From a virus: a DNA stretch of 64,000 bases. Position 1 is the first letter of the stretch. Each line of letters opens with the position of its first letter. Under the pieces are notes generated by a model that worked only from the letters and a program-made list of their open reading frames with translations, was not told where the DNA came from and did no database searches. Shown piece after piece: positions 39,404 to 47,678 of this stretch. The position numbers and the translations under genes were made by a program. The stretch is from the IMG/VR virus record IMGVR_UViG_3300021961_005592, positions 51,210 to 115,209 of that record. One strand, written 5' to 3'.

Positions 39404-39685
39404 TTAGTTGTACTTTAAAAGTGGACAAGCTAACATGAAATATGATGCTTCTTTTGGATCTTCAAATCCAATTTGTAAAGCAGTTTCTAGCTTATTAGAT
39501 CCGTTTAATATAACATGCTTTCCAATAGAATATCTACCTTTTAAATTGCAAATAATCCATTTTTCTACAGCACCTACTAGGTTATATGGTAAGCTAATAA
39601 CCAGTTTTTCAAAATGGGAAGGTAGGAATTCTACCTTCCTAATTCCTAGTAATTCTAAAGGCCTTGCTACAATTTCTTTATGCAT
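39404..39685 (-). CDS. Hypothetical phage protein
   Basis: 93 aa, overlaps the VWA gene stop. Confidence 0.65.
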   Translation of the reverse strand: MHKEIVARPLELLGIRKVEFLPSHFEKLVISLPYNLVGAVEKWIICNLKGRYSIGKHVILNGSNKLETALQIGFEDPKEASYFMLACPLLKYN

Positions 39686-40985
39686 CCGCTTCTTCGTAAT
39701 GTGCTGTTACACCAAATGGTGCTTGCAAGTTTTTGTCAGGATGACCGTGAATAATGAAAACAGTTTCACAATAGTTTTCATCACCCCAGCTGTCCCAGGG
39801 ATATCCATCTGTAAACATAATAAATTTTTTGGGCTGGATATCATTTTCTTTCATATAGTTCCAATTGCACATAAAGTCTGTGCCACCACCGCCCATTAAA
39901 TTGTAATCTAACAGGTCGTCATTACCGTTTGTACCGTAGTCTTGTTCATTATAAACTTTGGTATCAAAACACCAAAGTTTAATATTGTAGTCTTTAAACT
40001 CTTCCATGATGCCTTTGATTTCACCTAAGAAGTCTTTTGCTTGATCGTCACCAATAGAACCTGACATGTCCAATCCAATAGCAACATCGATAGTGTCCAT
40101 AAAGTTCATACCAGGAAGAATAGCACCAGTATGCCAACCTTTACGGCTAGGACGACTAAATGTATAGTCATTTTTAACAGTAGATTGTATTTGCTGACGA
40201 ATAATTTGTCGCCAGTTCATTTTAGGTTCAGTAAGTTCTTTTACCATACGAGCAATTTCACCAGGGACATTGCCAGCACCTGCAGATTGAGAAGATGAAA
40301 TCATTGCTTCTTTGATCTCATCTTTAATCTTAGCTATTTCTTCTTTAGAATACTTTGGACGTTTACTTTTTCCATTCTTGGAGTCAGAAGCATCACTAGA
40401 ACTTTCTTCACCGTCTTCACCGTCCCAGTCAAGATGTTCGTCAAGTAGTTCGCCCAATTGTTTAACAGCCTCTTCGCCTTGTTTTTTGGCTTGTTCAAAC
40501 AGATCATCGTACACTTCTTCTGAAGTCCATTTGTCATATTTGAAATCCTGATAGCAGTCAACAATTTTGGGTTTCTCACCAATGCGGTCTCGCACTAGCA
40601 AATTATTAACAATATAGTCTGCGGCAATGTTATGGAGAATTGGAATACGATCTTCTCGACGGGTAAGATGATCAAACACACAATGCAAGATTTCGTGTGC
40701 AATAACAAACTCAATTTCTTTGTTTGACATTGCATGGAAAAATTGAGTATTGAAATACAAATTGCGCCCATCTACAGCCGCAGTAGGCAACCAATCGTCA
40801 GCAGCTTGTATACGCAACCGTGTTGCCATGTTACCAAAAAACGGATGCCGAAGCAGTAATCCAACACGAGCAGTAATAATGCGATCAATTACTTCTACAC
40901 GCATTGATTCCAATTGATCTTCAGTAACATCTGGATTTGGTTGCCAGTGTTTTTTACCAGCTACGCTGTGAATTAGATTGTGCAT
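39678..40985 (-). CDS. Metallopeptidase (HEXXH)-VWA domain protein (DUF2201-like)
   Basis: AHEILH; MIDAS D.SGS; GGGTDF; FTDG. Confidence 0.85.
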   Translation of the reverse strand: MHNLIHSVAGKKHWQPNPDVTEDQLESMRVEVIDRIITARVGLLLRHPFFGNMATRLRIQAADDWLPTAAVDGRNLYFNTQFFHAMSNKEIEFVIAHEILHCVFDHLTRREDRIPILHNIAADYIVNNLLVRDRIGEKPKIVDCYQDFKYDKWTSEEVYDDLFEQAKKQGEEAVKQLGELLDEHLDWDGEDGEESSSDASDSKNGKSKRPKYSKEEIAKIKDEIKEAMISSSQSAGAGNVPGEIARMVKELTEPKMNWRQIIRQQIQSTVKNDYTFSRPSRKGWHTGAILPGMNFMDTIDVAIGLDMSGSIGDDQAKDFLGEIKGIMEEFKDYNIKLWCFDTKVYNEQDYGTNGNDDLLDYNLMGGGGTDFMCNWNYMKENDIQPKKFIMFTDGYPWDSWGDENYCETVFIIHGHPDKNLQAPFGVTAHYEEADA

Positions 40986-41016
40986 TTGGTATTCCTTTTC
41001 TCAGTGCCTATAGTAT

Positions 41017-41044
41017 ATAATAACATATTTACAGTATTTGTCAA
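41017..41044 (-). promoter_or_regulatory. Sigma70-type promoter for the VWA gene
   Basis: TTGACA-N16-TATTAT with TGn extension; TAAATA inside the spacer. Confidence 0.55.
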
Positions 41045-41047
41045 CTA

Positions 41048-41081
41048 TAAAAAGAAAGAGTGGGCTAATTAGCCCACTCTT
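41048..41081 (-). terminator. Rho-independent terminator after the MoxR gene
   Basis: Perfect palindrome AAGAGTGGGCTAATTAGCCCACTCTT (41056-41081) followed by TCTTTTT on the - strand. Confidence 0.8.
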
Positions 41082-41087
41082 AATGGC

Positions 41088-42182
41088 TCACTTGTCTGTT
41101 GAAGCGGCTTTGATATACTTATGATAACGTTCGTGGAACTCATCAAAGCATTCTACTTCGTCTGGATCAATTGGAAGGCTGTATTGGGTAAGGGCAACTT
41201 TAATACCCATTACTACCAGCTCAGTTTCAAAATTGTCCATTGCAAAACGCAAGAAGTTATTAACTTTGGAGTCAAACTTCTTGTCGCCTTTGTCACACGC
41301 TTCTTTCAGTTCGTAGCAGAGCGAAACAGTCAAGGAATACATGGCACTGATTTCTTTAGTTTTTAGCTCTCTTACCTTGCCCTCTAGAATATCTGTCGGG
41401 TTAGGCATGTTAGCGGCTACTTTACGGTGAGCCATAAACTTGACAGCAAGACCTTCACCTACTGATCCGCTAACCAAATCAGTAGTAGTAGTGTCGTCAA
41501 GTTCATCTTCTAATAGCTCGCTTACAAACGACCAAGAACGAGGCGTTGCAAACGAACGACTAGGAGATTTAGGATCAAAGTCGTAGAGGTCTTGTTTTGC
41601 AAATTGCAAGTAGCCTACTACGTCTTTATGTTGTTTGTTATCTACAGCCCACTGGAACCAGTCATCAAATGAAACTGTAAGTTCAATATGGACAAAACGA
41701 TTAGCAAGTGGAGCAGGCATCCGGTATGTAACACCTTTGTCTGCTTCTCGGTTACCAGCAGCAACAATCCTTACGTTTTTAGGAAGTTTATATTGTCCTA
41801 CGCGGCGATTTAGGATTAGTTGATATGCCGCCGCCTGTACAGCAGGAGCCGCAGAGTTCATTTCGTCAAGGAAAAGAACAATTGTATCATACTTTGATGC
41901 AAGTTCTTCATCGGGCAATTCCATTGGAGGAGCCCAAACCATTTTACCTAAAACCGAGTCAAAATATGGAATACCTTTAATATCGGTAGGTTCCCAAAGA
42001 CTTAAACGAATGTCAATGAGTAATGAGTTTGTAAAACTTTCAGTAATTTGTTTTACAATATCTGATTTGCCAATGCCGGGAGGACCCCAAAGAAAAATTG
42101 GACGATTTTTCTGCATTGCATGTTTAATGCTAGTTTTAGCTTTGTTAGGAGTAACAGTCCGGGTTGCATCTGTGATAGCCAT
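41088..42182 (-). CDS. MoxR-like AAA+ ATPase
   Basis: Walker A GPPGIGKS, Walker B LFLDE, AAGN, LANRF, TPRSW. Confidence 0.9.
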   Translation of the reverse strand: MAITDATRTVTPNKAKTSIKHAMQKNRPIFLWGPPGIGKSDIVKQITESFTNSLLIDIRLSLWEPTDIKGIPYFDSVLGKMVWAPPMELPDEELASKYDTIVLFLDEMNSAAPAVQAAAYQLILNRRVGQYKLPKNVRIVAAGNREADKGVTYRMPAPLANRFVHIELTVSFDDWFQWAVDNKQHKDVVGYLQFAKQDLYDFDPKSPSRSFATPRSWSFVSELLEDELDDTTTTDLVSGSVGEGLAVKFMAHRKVAANMPNPTDILEGKVRELKTKEISAMYSLTVSLCYELKEACDKGDKKFDSKVNNFLRFAMDNFETELVVMGIKVALTQYSLPIDPDEVECFDEFHERYHKYIKAASTDK

Positions 42183-42237
42183 TTTGTATTCCTTCAGTAG
42201 TGTTCAGTGCCATATAGTTTTTTCTAACTATGTATAT

Positions 42238-42265
42238 AGTATAGCATCACTAGAACACATGTCAA
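42238..42265 (-). promoter_or_regulatory. Sigma70-type promoter for the MoxR gene
   Basis: TTGACA-N16-TATACT with TGn extension. Confidence 0.6.
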
Positions 42266-42657
42266 GAAGTTTTTTGTTCTTTTTCGGATCTTTTCATAGC
42301 TTTTATGAGTCCATATTTACGTATGTCTCCCGAAAAAAGAGTAAGCTCGACTGCTTTTCGTTCATTTGTTACTACAACACTTTTTTGGAACAAGTAATAT
42401 GGACAGTCAATAAATTGATCTAGGAATATTATAACTTGTGCAGTTAAGGGCATATCTTTTGGAAACGGTATGTCGTATGTAGCAAGTCCAATATTGCTTA
42501 TGAGTTCGTAACCTTGCTCAGTAAGGCGTAGTCCACCTTTGTTCTTATCTCTAGTGTTCTTCCACCATAATGGCAGGTACTGTTTAACTGTAGCATCGTC
42601 TACAGATTTTCCAAATTCCTTCAGAAATATTTTTGTATAGGTTTCTTTCCAGTTCAT
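42262..42657 (-). CDS. Hypothetical phage protein
   Basis: 131 aa, ATGA-coupled to the upstream gene. Confidence 0.75.
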   Translation of the reverse strand: MNWKETYTKIFLKEFGKSVDDATVKQYLPLWWKNTRDKNKGGLRLTEQGYELISNIGLATYDIPFPKDMPLTAQVIIFLDQFIDCPYYLFQKSVVVTNERKAVELTLFSGDIRKYGLIKAMKRSEKEQKTS

Positions 42658-42977
42658 TCTTCATCAACACTATCAGTAAAACAATCAGAGTGTTGGGGTA
42701 TCATTTCTCCACTATTTAATTTATAAACAGAAAAATCTTCAGACTTAAACATTTCATTTAGCTTTTTTGCTAGATTAAATGCATGTCCGGGATTAGAAAA
42801 ACTAACCTTTTTATATTTTGGTCCAGGATAGTTCGTAAGAGAATTTAAACTTTTTAAATTGAACGGTTTGCCTTGATAAAACACCGCCCAAATAGCATCC
42901 GCCTCTAAAACTTGCTCAGTCTTATAGGTTTTGTTATTAGTGTATTCAAGTATTACTTTGGGCTTAGGCCGACTCAT
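42654..42977 (-). CDS. Hypothetical phage protein
   Basis: SD AAGGA; late-type promoter upstream. Confidence 0.75.
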   Translation of the reverse strand: MSRPKPKVILEYTNNKTYKTEQVLEADAIWAVFYQGKPFNLKSLNSLTNYPGPKYKKVSFSNPGHAFNLAKKLNEMFKSEDFSVYKLNSGEMIPQHSDCFTDSVDEE

Positions 42978-43014
42978 ATGCGTATTTCCTTGGTTATATA
43001 CGCATATATTTATC
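42976..43014 (-). promoter_or_regulatory. Late-type promoter GATAAATA plus RBS-enclosing hairpin
   Basis: Perfect 10-bp IR 42976-42985 / 42998-43007 with the SD in the 12-nt loop; GATAAATA at 43014-43007. Confidence 0.6.
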
Positions 43015-43041
43015 TCTATTTAAGCTATCTGTATATATATA

Positions 43042-43287
43042 TTATTTCCAACCAGATCCGGCGTCCATATTAATTTGAATTAAACTGTCGTCGCTATCTT
43101 TACTGTTAGCAACAAGTTTTTCTAGATCGCCGTGTAATCGGCTCATTACAATGCCCAAAGTAAACGCAAGATTTTTGCATTGATCTATAGGCATACGTAG
43201 TTCTTTTGCCTTACTAGCTTCAGCACTTTTTACTTGCTGTAAAAATTGTTGTATTGGGATTGTGTTTAACGGTTCAATGGTTGGCAC
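43042..43287 (-). CDS. Hypothetical phage protein
   Basis: 81 aa, SD AGGAG. Confidence 0.7.
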   Translation of the reverse strand: MPTIEPLNTIPIQQFLQQVKSAEASKAKELRMPIDQCKNLAFTLGIVMSRLHGDLEKLVANSKDSDDSLIQINMDAGSGWK

Positions 43288-43744
43288 GACTTAACTCCTG
43301 TCTCATTTCTAACTCTGTTTTAAACGGTCCACGATTTTCGTAACGTTCAATAGTAATTAGTTTTGGACAAAAACTTTTAACCCAACCTTTTTCAAATCGA
43401 ATTATATAATACCCTGCACAATACAAACTCTTAGATTTGTCAGATTTAGTAAACAATGGAAGTCTTCTTTTAAGATCATACATTGTATTAAATGGCTGTA
43501 CACTAGATGGATATCCATGTACACTTAGATCTAGCGATTTATCGCTAACTTTAATAGGTTCATCACCCCATACAATAAAGCCAAACTTCTTTTTTAACTG
43601 TCGCTTACTATCAAAGAAACATGTTTCAATTGGACTAGAGAACATATACCTTTCATCGTTCCATGAAAGTGTTCCTATTCGCTCGTTGTTTTCTTCAACA
43701 ATCCAAAATTTATCTTTTAATACTGGTTTTACTTTTACAGTCAT
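43274..43744 (-). CDS. Hypothetical phage protein
   Basis: 156 aa, ATGA-coupled to rnh. Confidence 0.75.
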   Translation of the reverse strand: MTVKVKPVLKDKFWIVEENNERIGTLSWNDERYMFSSPIETCFFDSKRQLKKKFGFIVWGDEPIKVSDKSLDLSVHGYPSSVQPFNTMYDLKRRLPLFTKSDKSKSLYCAGYYIIRFEKGWVKSFCPKLITIERYENRGPFKTELEMRQELSRANH

Positions 43745-44724
43745 TGTGGATACCTCGCAGAAAGTGGTTCGGAGTAAAGAGCAGCATTATCTGCAATTCG
43801 CTGCATATCCCATTTAGCACAAAATTTCATAAGACGTAGACCAACTTGTGTCACTTCTTTAGGTTTTACATCTTGAATAGTTTGGGTAATCATTTCTTTT
43901 ATATCAGCAGGTTGTGCCGTTAAATCACATAGTGTTACATTTCTATTATAATCATCTAGTACACGATGTTCTGTACCATTATGGTCAGTCCACCGTTGTA
44001 ACATAAGATTGTTCCAGTTGTAACCTTTAGTATTCTTGTCAGCAAATGCTTCTTGTAAGCCAACTTTATTTTTAGTACCTTTAATTCGAACACCCGGATA
44101 AGCAGAGAAAACATTATCACTAGTGTCACCCCGCATACACTTTTCAAATAACAACCATTGAGGATCGGGCGCTGTCTTAACTTCTTTAGTTTTCTTATCT
44201 ACAACGGGTTTTCCCTTGTCATCAAAGTAACCTTCGTGCGTAATTGTAACGTTTTGTATACCATTGTACTGTCGTACATTAGGTGCAATAAGTTGTGCAA
44301 AGTCACCATCTGTTGAAATAATAACATGATCGTCGTTTGGATGATTTTGAATCCAACCTGCAATTAAGTCATCTGCTTCTAGTTGCGGATGACGAATAAT
44401 AGTACAGTTAGTCTTGGTATCAATAAATTCTTTAAACTCGTCAAAGATTTCCCAAAACACTTTGTCTTCTTCTGCTTCTCGTGGACTTAGTGCATCACGA
44501 GCATCTTGCCTATTGCGTTTGTAAGGCTCGTAGTAGTCCTTGCGCCAGCTACGACCTTCTAAGCAAAAAACAACATGATCTGCATTAAAGTCTTGCCAAG
44601 CTTTTTTAATACTGTTAAGTGTGATGTGTAACGCCATACCTACTTTTGTGTCGATATCGCCACGTACTACGTGACGAGCCCTAAAAAAGGTATTTGCTGT
44701 ATCAACTAAAACGTATGTAGTCAT
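43741..44724 (-). CDS. rnh: T4 RNase H-like 5'-3' exonuclease / flap endonuclease
   Basis: LVD.AN..FR, WR...Y..YK.NR, EADD, STDGD..QL, GDTSDN. Confidence 0.88.
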   Translation of the reverse strand: MTTYVLVDTANTFFRARHVVRGDIDTKVGMALHITLNSIKKAWQDFNADHVVFCLEGRSWRKDYYEPYKRNRQDARDALSPREAEEDKVFWEIFDEFKEFIDTKTNCTIIRHPQLEADDLIAGWIQNHPNDDHVIISTDGDFAQLIAPNVRQYNGIQNVTITHEGYFDDKGKPVVDKKTKEVKTAPDPQWLLFEKCMRGDTSDNVFSAYPGVRIKGTKNKVGLQEAFADKNTKGYNWNNLMLQRWTDHNGTEHRVLDDYNRNVTLCDLTAQPADIKEMITQTIQDVKPKEVTQVGLRLMKFCAKWDMQRIADNAALYSEPLSARYPQ

Positions 44725-44927
44725 TAAAAAGCCTCTTTAAATCCATCATTGTTAATAGCATTATAGTATATTTCTGCACCCTTGTCAAGAGTTGTTTTGA
44801 TGGTCTGAACATACTCATATTGGTGATAATAATCAATTATAACTTTGTTAAGCTTACGAACGACTTGAAAGGCCATTGTGTCTTTCTCGTCGTTTTGTAA
44901 AACCATATTTTTAGCTTGCTTTTTCAT
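44724..44927 (-). CDS. Small hypothetical protein
   Basis: 67 aa, coupled at both ends (ATGA, TAATG), but it contains the rnh promoter. Confidence 0.45.
   Translation of the reverse strand: MKKQAKNMVLQNDEKDTMAFQVVRKLNKVIIDYYHQYEYVQTIKTTLDKGAEIYYNAINNDGFKEAF
44760..44788 (-). promoter_or_regulatory. Consensus sigma70 promoter upstream of rnh
   Basis: Exact TTGACA-N17-TATAAT. Confidence 0.85.
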
Positions 44928-45349
44928 GAAACTGAGCTTTTACCCTTACTAATTGGAACCACATTGATATATCCTGCTCCTCTAGAAGTATCCAGTCCTT
45001 CATCTTGAAGCATATTGTACACAATGTCTCGAAACCAACGATCAACAATTTCCTCATCAAGATCTCCTTCTTCGCCATATCCTGCTCTCCTTAATTCCAA
45101 TATAAAAGGATCATTCCAGTCTAGTTCAAAGAATCCGTTTCTAACGTTATCTTGATTAACTTTAACATCCAACACAGCTACCCAAGGTTCACCCCTTTTA
45201 GTTGCGTATGCTTTTGGATCTTTCTTTTTAAGAAGTTCCATTTCTGCTTGTTCAATACGTTTACGTTCAGTTTCTGCAGATTCACGTTCTTCTGCAAGAC
45301 GTTGTTCTTCTGCTTCGATGCCTGTTATACGTTTTAGCCAATTTTTCAT
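44924..45349 (-). CDS. Hypothetical phage protein
   Basis: 141 aa; SD AAGGAG. Confidence 0.75.
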   Translation of the reverse strand: MKNWLKRITGIEAEEQRLAEERESAETERKRIEQAEMELLKKKDPKAYATKRGEPWVAVLDVKVNQDNVRNGFFELDWNDPFILELRRAGYGEEGDLDEEIVDRWFRDIVYNMLQDEGLDTSRGAGYINVVPISKGKSSVS

Positions 45350-45403
45350 TGATATCTCCTTACACGTTCAACTAAATCCTCGTCTGGTTGAACGGTTTCT
45401 TGT

Positions 45404-46276
45404 TTAGGTACCCCAGGCGTTTCCAAAGATGTCGACATGTAGGCGGGGCGTATATCTCCATCCTCGCTCCATTGCGAGGTTTGCAACCCGCTTGGTGTTT
45501 TCGTGGTAGAGTCCGTCTTTCCCACCAACCGGCATAACAAAGACCGTACACTCGATCCCAGCCGCTCTATACTCTGATACTGCTCTTCCAACCTCATCCA
45601 CGTCCACATCATCACTAACCACAAACTTGAGATAAAGGTCGCTATTAGGAATATCGTAGTAAGACCGAACAATGCTAGGCTTAATAGCATCATTCCAAGA
45701 CTCTCCCGAAACGGAAAGTTTCGGTGAACAGGAAAAGGTGAATCGTATAGCTCTCTGACTTTCGAGGTAATCTCGAAACTCTCCTTTGAGCTCTTGCGTA
45801 GAATTTGTCTCAAAAGTGACATTTTTTAAATCTCCCATGCGTGGATGTGTTAATAAATCTTTCCAGAATCTCTGCCATCCTAGCAAAGGTTCGCCACCAG
45901 TAATAACTAAATGGACGTCTTGTCCATTGTCCATTGTCCATTTGCCTTCTGGTGTTAGTGACAACAAATGGTCAATTACTTCTTCTACAGTTCTATCCAT
46001 CATATATTTTTTAAACTCTGGATAGATACTTGCGTAAGTATCACAACCTGTACCAATAATAGGAAGGTCGTTAAATTTTTCAATAGTGTTTAGTTTACCG
46101 CTGTCAAGCAAATCTTTAACTTCTGCATTGTATTTGCCAGTTACAGTACCTCTAGGCAAACCAAAGTTCATACAACGGAAGTTACACCCAAAGGTACGTA
46201 GAAACACACTAGGTGCTCCTACAAACTTGCCTTCGCCTTGCACACTATAAAATGCTTCTGAATATCTTAACTTCAT
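45404..46276 (-). CDS. queE: 7-carboxy-7-deazaguanine synthase (radical SAM)
   Basis: E.FYSVQGEG...G.PSVFLR..GCN..C ... GCDT, ITGGEP, ETN, SPK, PRLH; adjacent to folE. Confidence 0.9.
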   Translation of the reverse strand: MKLRYSEAFYSVQGEGKFVGAPSVFLRTFGCNFRCMNFGLPRGTVTGKYNAEVKDLLDSGKLNTIEKFNDLPIIGTGCDTYASIYPEFKKYMMDRTVEEVIDHLLSLTPEGKWTMDNGQDVHLVITGGEPLLGWQRFWKDLLTHPRMGDLKNVTFETNSTQELKGEFRDYLESQRAIRFTFSCSPKLSVSGESWNDAIKPSIVRSYYDIPNSDLYLKFVVSDDVDVDEVGRAVSEYRAAGIECTVFVMPVGGKDGLYHENTKRVANLAMERGWRYTPRLHVDIFGNAWGT

Positions 46277-46959
46277 CGTGGTGCAAACTCCTGTTGTAAT
46301 TTAATGTTGTCAAAGAACTCTTTCTTTGTACCTGGGTCATCCTTGAACGCACCTTTTAGTACTGTGGTCTGTGTAAGCGAACTATGCGCCATAATGCCGC
46401 GATTCTCACAACAACCATGTGTTGCTTGTACATATACACCTAAATGTTTTGCATTAGTTGCTAGTCGAATCTGCTTTGCAATTTCATTTGCAAGTTCTTC
46501 TTGCAGTGTACCGCGTCTAGCACACCATTGTGCAATACGTGTGTACTTAGATAGACCAATAAGTTTTTCTGCGGCAATAATACCAATGTATGCTACACCT
46601 GTAACAGGCTGGTGATGATGGGAACACATGCTCTTTAGTTCTGAACGAACTACTAGCATACCTTCATAACGTTCATCGCTGTCGTTTGGGAATGCTGTTG
46701 CACTAGGAATAGGATCATAACGTCCTGCCATAATCTCATTAAAGTACATTTTAGCAAGTCGTTTTGCAGTACCTTTAGAGTTTGGATCGTTATGGCGATC
46801 AATAACAAGTGCATCTAGCACATTTTCAAATGCTTCTGTTGCTTCTTTGATTAGTTCTTCTTTGTCGCCCTTTTGTAGGATTTTTGAAATATTGTCGCCA
46901 GCCCAATAACGAATGCCAGCTTCTTCTAGTTTACACCTAATTTGTAATGATTTGCTCAT
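46273..46959 (-). CDS. folE: GTP cyclohydrolase I
   Basis: T.KR.AK, SMCSHH, IGLSK..R, LQE, H.C...RG; ATG 46959 after SD GGAGA. Confidence 0.95.
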   Translation of the reverse strand: MSKSLQIRCKLEEAGIRYWAGDNISKILQKGDKEELIKEATEAFENVLDALVIDRHNDPNSKGTAKRLAKMYFNEIMAGRYDPIPSATAFPNDSDERYEGMLVVRSELKSMCSHHHQPVTGVAYIGIIAAEKLIGLSKYTRIAQWCARRGTLQEELANEIAKQIRLATNAKHLGVYVQATHGCCENRGIMAHSSLTQTTVLKGAFKDDPGTKKEFFDNIKLQQEFAPR

Positions 46960-46966
46960 CAATGTT

Positions 46967-46995
46967 TTTCTCCGATGTTAAGGCAGTGGATTGCC
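46967..46995 (-). promoter_or_regulatory. Candidate structured RNA leader of folE (hairpin or pseudoknot over the SD)
   Basis: GGCA-AUCCAC-UGCC-UUAACAUC-GGAGA; loop UCC can pair with SD GGA. Confidence 0.5.
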
Positions 46996-47002
46996 ATGTT
47001 TA

Positions 47003-47057
47003 ATGGTACAATGTTTCTTTATAGTTACATTGTACCATATATTTAGGTTTTTGTCAA
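47003..47057 (-). promoter_or_regulatory. Sigma70 promoter of folE with nested TAAATA and a 12-bp inverted repeat over the -10
   Basis: TTGACA(47057-47052)-N17-TACAAT(47034-47029); IR 47003-47014 / 47027-47038. Confidence 0.75.
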
Positions 47058-47060
47058 GTA

Positions 47061-47678
47061 TTATTTGCTAATTTTATTTTTCAAATAAGATAGCAACACA
47101 CCGTATGCTGGTAGGAACACTACCAATCCTACGACCATCTTGGTAATGGTCTGGTTAAACGCAACGTCAGCTACCCAAGGTTGCGGATAGAATGCTGTGT
47201 AGAAAAATGCATAAGTGTCAATAAAGTTTGCCGCAATGGTTGAAATTGCTGGTGCTGCCCACCATGCTTCTGTAAATCTGTCACGAATGTGCTGGAATAC
47301 ATAAACATCAAGCATTGTGCCTACGCCGTATGCTACACCACTTGCTGCACCAATACGTAGTGCCTTTTCCATTGGAGCACCACCGCCCCATACAACCAAA
47401 ATACTTGCAACGATTGCAGGAATTACTGCTAACGCAACTACACGTCTGCCGGCTTCCTTTCCTAGCAAGCGAACAGTTAAGTCAGTAGCAACGACTACAA
47501 GAGGAAAAGTAAAAGCTGCTGCCGCTAGTGGAAACTCCCCAAAGAATGGTAAGTTAGCACCTGGAAACAGATTAAACTTAAATTGTACTAGATAATTGCT
47601 AATAGCAATAACTAGCGTATGTAGTATAACAAGATTGCGAATAAGCGTCTTGTCAACTCCCGATAAAATATTAGACAT
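47061..47678 (-). CDS. yhhQ: Queuosine-precursor (preQ0/preQ1) transporter, VUT family
   Basis: I..SNYLVQ, FTFP....TDLTVR..G...R, RI..AS, LDV.VF..R, WW.AP..ST....DT..F; next to folE. Confidence 0.88.
   Translation of the reverse strand: MSNILSGVDKTLIRNLVILHTLVIAISNYLVQFKFNLFPGANLPFFGEFPLAAAAFTFPLVVVATDLTVRLLGKEAGRRVVALAVIPAIVASILVVWGGGAPMEKALRIGAASGVAYGVGTMLDVYVFQHIRDRFTEAWWAAPAISTIAANFIDTYAFFYTAFYPQPWVADVAFNQTITKMVVGLVVFLPAYGVLLSYLKNKISK

Noticed and set aside
46967-46995. Canonical preQ1-I or THF-II riboswitch call
   Set aside because: The 4-bp stem, 6-nt loop and short tail do not fit the consensus as I know it. Kept only as an unclassified motif pending an Rfam scan.
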